NCBI RefSeq assembly: GCF_963921235.1
Contig: NC_086097.1
Coordinates: 189,350,001-189,414,000, forward strand
Origin: Mobula hypostoma
Lineage: Eukaryota
Direction of reading: 5' to 3'
DNA: 64,000 nt
Shown: piece after piece, positions 61,518-64,000 of the stretch
Layout of the letters: every line of letters starts with the position of its first letter
Position numbering within the stretch: the stretch's first letter is position 1
The notes under the pieces: model-generated
Seen by the model: the letters and a program-made list of their open reading frames with translations, nothing else
What the model was told of the DNA's origin: nothing
Databases searched by the model: none
Program-made: the position numbers and the translations under genes

Positions 61518-63958
61518 TAACCATTTAACCATATAACAATTACAGCACAGAAACAGGCCATCTCAGCCCTTCTAGTCCGTGCCGAACTCTTACTCTCACC
61601 TACTCCCACCAACCTGCACTCAGCCCATAACCCTCCATTCCTTTCCTGTCCGTATTTAACTTTAAACGATAACATCAAACCTGCCTCAACCACTTCTGCT
61701 GGAAGCTCGTTCCACACAGCTACCATTCTCTGAGTAAAGAAGTTCCCCCTCATGTTACCCCTAAACTTTCGTCCTTTAACTCTCAACTCATGTCCTCTTG
61801 TTTGAATCTACCCCACTCTCAATGGAAAAAGCCTATCCACATCAACTATCTATCCCCCTCATAATTTTAAATACCTCTATCAAGTTCCCCCTCAATCTTC
61901 TACATTCCAAAGAATAAAGACTCAACTTGTTTAACCTTTCTCTGTAACTTAGGTGATGAAACCCAGGTAACATTCTAGTAAATCTTCTCTGTACTCTCTA
62001 TATTTTGTTGACATCTTTCCTGTAATTCAGTGAACAAAACTGTACACAATACTCCAAATTTGGCCTCACCAATGCTTTGTACAATTTCAACATTACATCC
62101 CAACTCCTACACTCAATGCTCTGATTTATGAAGGCCAGCATACCAAAAGCTTTCTTCACCACCCTATCCACATGAGATTCCACCTTCAGAGAACTATGCA
62201 CCATTATTCCTAGATCCCTCTGTTCTACAGCATTCTTCAGTGCCCTACCATTTACCATGTATGTCCTATTTTGATTAGTCCTACCAAAATGTAGCACCTC
62301 ACATTTATCAGCATTAAACTCCATCTGCCTTCTTTCAGCCTAAATCTCTCTGCAAGCTTTGAAAACCTACTTCATTATCCACAACTCCACCTATCTCAGT
62401 ATCATCTGCATACTTACTAATCCAATTTACCAACCCATCATCCAGATCATTAATGTATATGACAAATAACATTGGACCCAGTACAGATCCCTGAGGCACA
62501 CCACTGGTCACCGACCTCCAATCTGACAAACAGTTATCCACCACCACTCTCTGGCATCTCCCATCCAGCCACTGCTGAATCCATTTTACTACTTCGATAT
62601 TAATGCCTGACGATTGAACCTTCCTAACTAACCTTCCGTGTGGAACCTTGTCAAAAGCCTTACTGAAGTCCATATAGACAACATCCACCGCTTTACCCTC
62701 GTTAACTTTCTGAGCAACCTCTTCAAAAAATTCAATAAGATTTGTCAAACATTACCTTCCACGCACAAATCCATGTTGACCATTCCTAATCAGACCCTGT
62801 CTATCCAGATAATTATATATACCATCCCTAAGAATACTTTCCATCAATTTACCCACCACTGACGTCAAATTCACAGGCCGATAATTGCTAGGTTTACTCT
62901 TAGAGCCCTTTTTAAACAATGGAACAACATGAGCAATACGCCAATCCTCTGGCACCATTCCCGTTTCTAATGACATTTGAAATATTTCTGTCAGAGCCCT
63001 TGCTATTTCCACACTAACTTCCCTCAAAGTCCTAGGGAATATCCTGTCAGGACCCAGAGACTTATCCACTTTTATATTTCTTAAAAGTTCCAGTACTTCC
63101 TCTTCTTTAATCATCATAGTTTCCATAACTTCCCTACCCGTTTCCCTTAATCTACCCAGTTCAATATCCTTCTCCTTAGTGAGTACCGAAGAAAAGAAAT
63201 TGTTCAGAATCTCCCCCATTTCTTTTGGCTCCACACATAGCTGTCCACTCTGATTCTCTAAGGGATCATTTTATCCATCTCTATCCTTTTGCTATTAATA
63301 TAACGGTAGAAACCCTTGAGATTTATTTTCACCTTACTTGCCAAAGCAACCTCATATCTTCTTTCAGCTTTTCTGATTTCTTTCTTAAAGTTCTTTTTAC
63401 ATTCTTTATATTCGAGCACCTCATATTCTCCATGCTGCCTATATTTATTGCAGATATCTCTCTTTTTCCGAACCAAGTTTCCAATATCCCTTGAAAACCA
63501 TGGCTCTCTCAAACTTTTAACCTTTCCTTTCAACCTAACAGGAACATAAAGATTCAGTACTCTCAAAATTTCTCCTTTAAATGACCTCAATTTCTCTATT
63601 ACGTTCTTCCCAAAAAACAAATTGTCCCAATCCACTCCTTCTAAATCTTTTCGCATCTCCTCAAAGTTAGCCTTTCTCCAATCAAAAATCTCAACCCTGG
63701 GTCCAGACCTATCTTTCTCCATAACTATATTGAAACTAATAGCATTGTGATCACTGGACCCGAAGTGCTCCCCAACACAAATCTCCATCACCTGACCTAT
63801 CTCATTCCCTAACAGGAGATCCAACACTGCCCCTTCTCTAGTTGGTACCTCTATGTATTGCTGCAAAAACCTATCCTGCACTCATTTTACAGACTCCAAA
63901 CCATCCGGCCCTTTTACAGTATGGGCTTCCCAGTCTATGTGTGGAAAATTAAAATCTG
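61518..63958 (-). mobile_element. CR1 LINE ORF2 (different subfamily), few disruptions
   Basis: GSSDHN, NYRPV, YMDFSKAFDKVPH and YADDT; tail of TAACCAT-type repeats. The same tail type occurs at about 29400-29600. Confidence 0.93.
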
Positions 63959-64000
63959 CCTTCTGCTTACTACAACCTTCTGCTTACTACAAATATCTGC

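Noticed and set aside
63960..63992. Tandem CTTCTGCTTACTACAA duplication (similar short duplications near 28086-28124 and 9091-9110)
   Set aside because: Two-copy micro-duplications without spacers; not CRISPR and of no evident function.

Overview
This is repeat-dense vertebrate genomic DNA, most likely from a cartilaginous fish (ray or shark), judging by the mix of CR1, Penelope, Rex-Babar and V-SINE elements; the organism is an inference. The window lies inside one minus-strand gene, LRRCC1. Seven internal coding exons (59344-59531, 48756-48954, 44254-44402, 34461-34665, 16425-16564, 12530-12731, 4589-4774) have canonical AG/GT boundaries and splice into one open frame. The introns are filled with nested mobile elements: many CR1 LINEs, Rex1/Babar, L2 and R4/Rex6-type LINEs, two kinds of hAT DNA transposon with TIRs and 8-bp TSDs, a truncated Gypsy element and a solo LTR. 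The most interesting system is a young Neptune-type Penelope-like element (PLE) family. Its terminal repeat (pLTR) carries a minimal hammerhead ribozyme (AGTC-CTGACGA-AGGGTCTCGGCCT-GAAAC-GTC^GACT). The family occurs as 1-2 kb copies with inverted termini and as 80-240 bp non-coding hairpins, most with 10-15 bp TSDs. These copies show a reproducible end asymmetry, and two share a 5' truncation point, which bears on the insertion mechanism. Repeat boundaries without a TSD or TIR are approximate.
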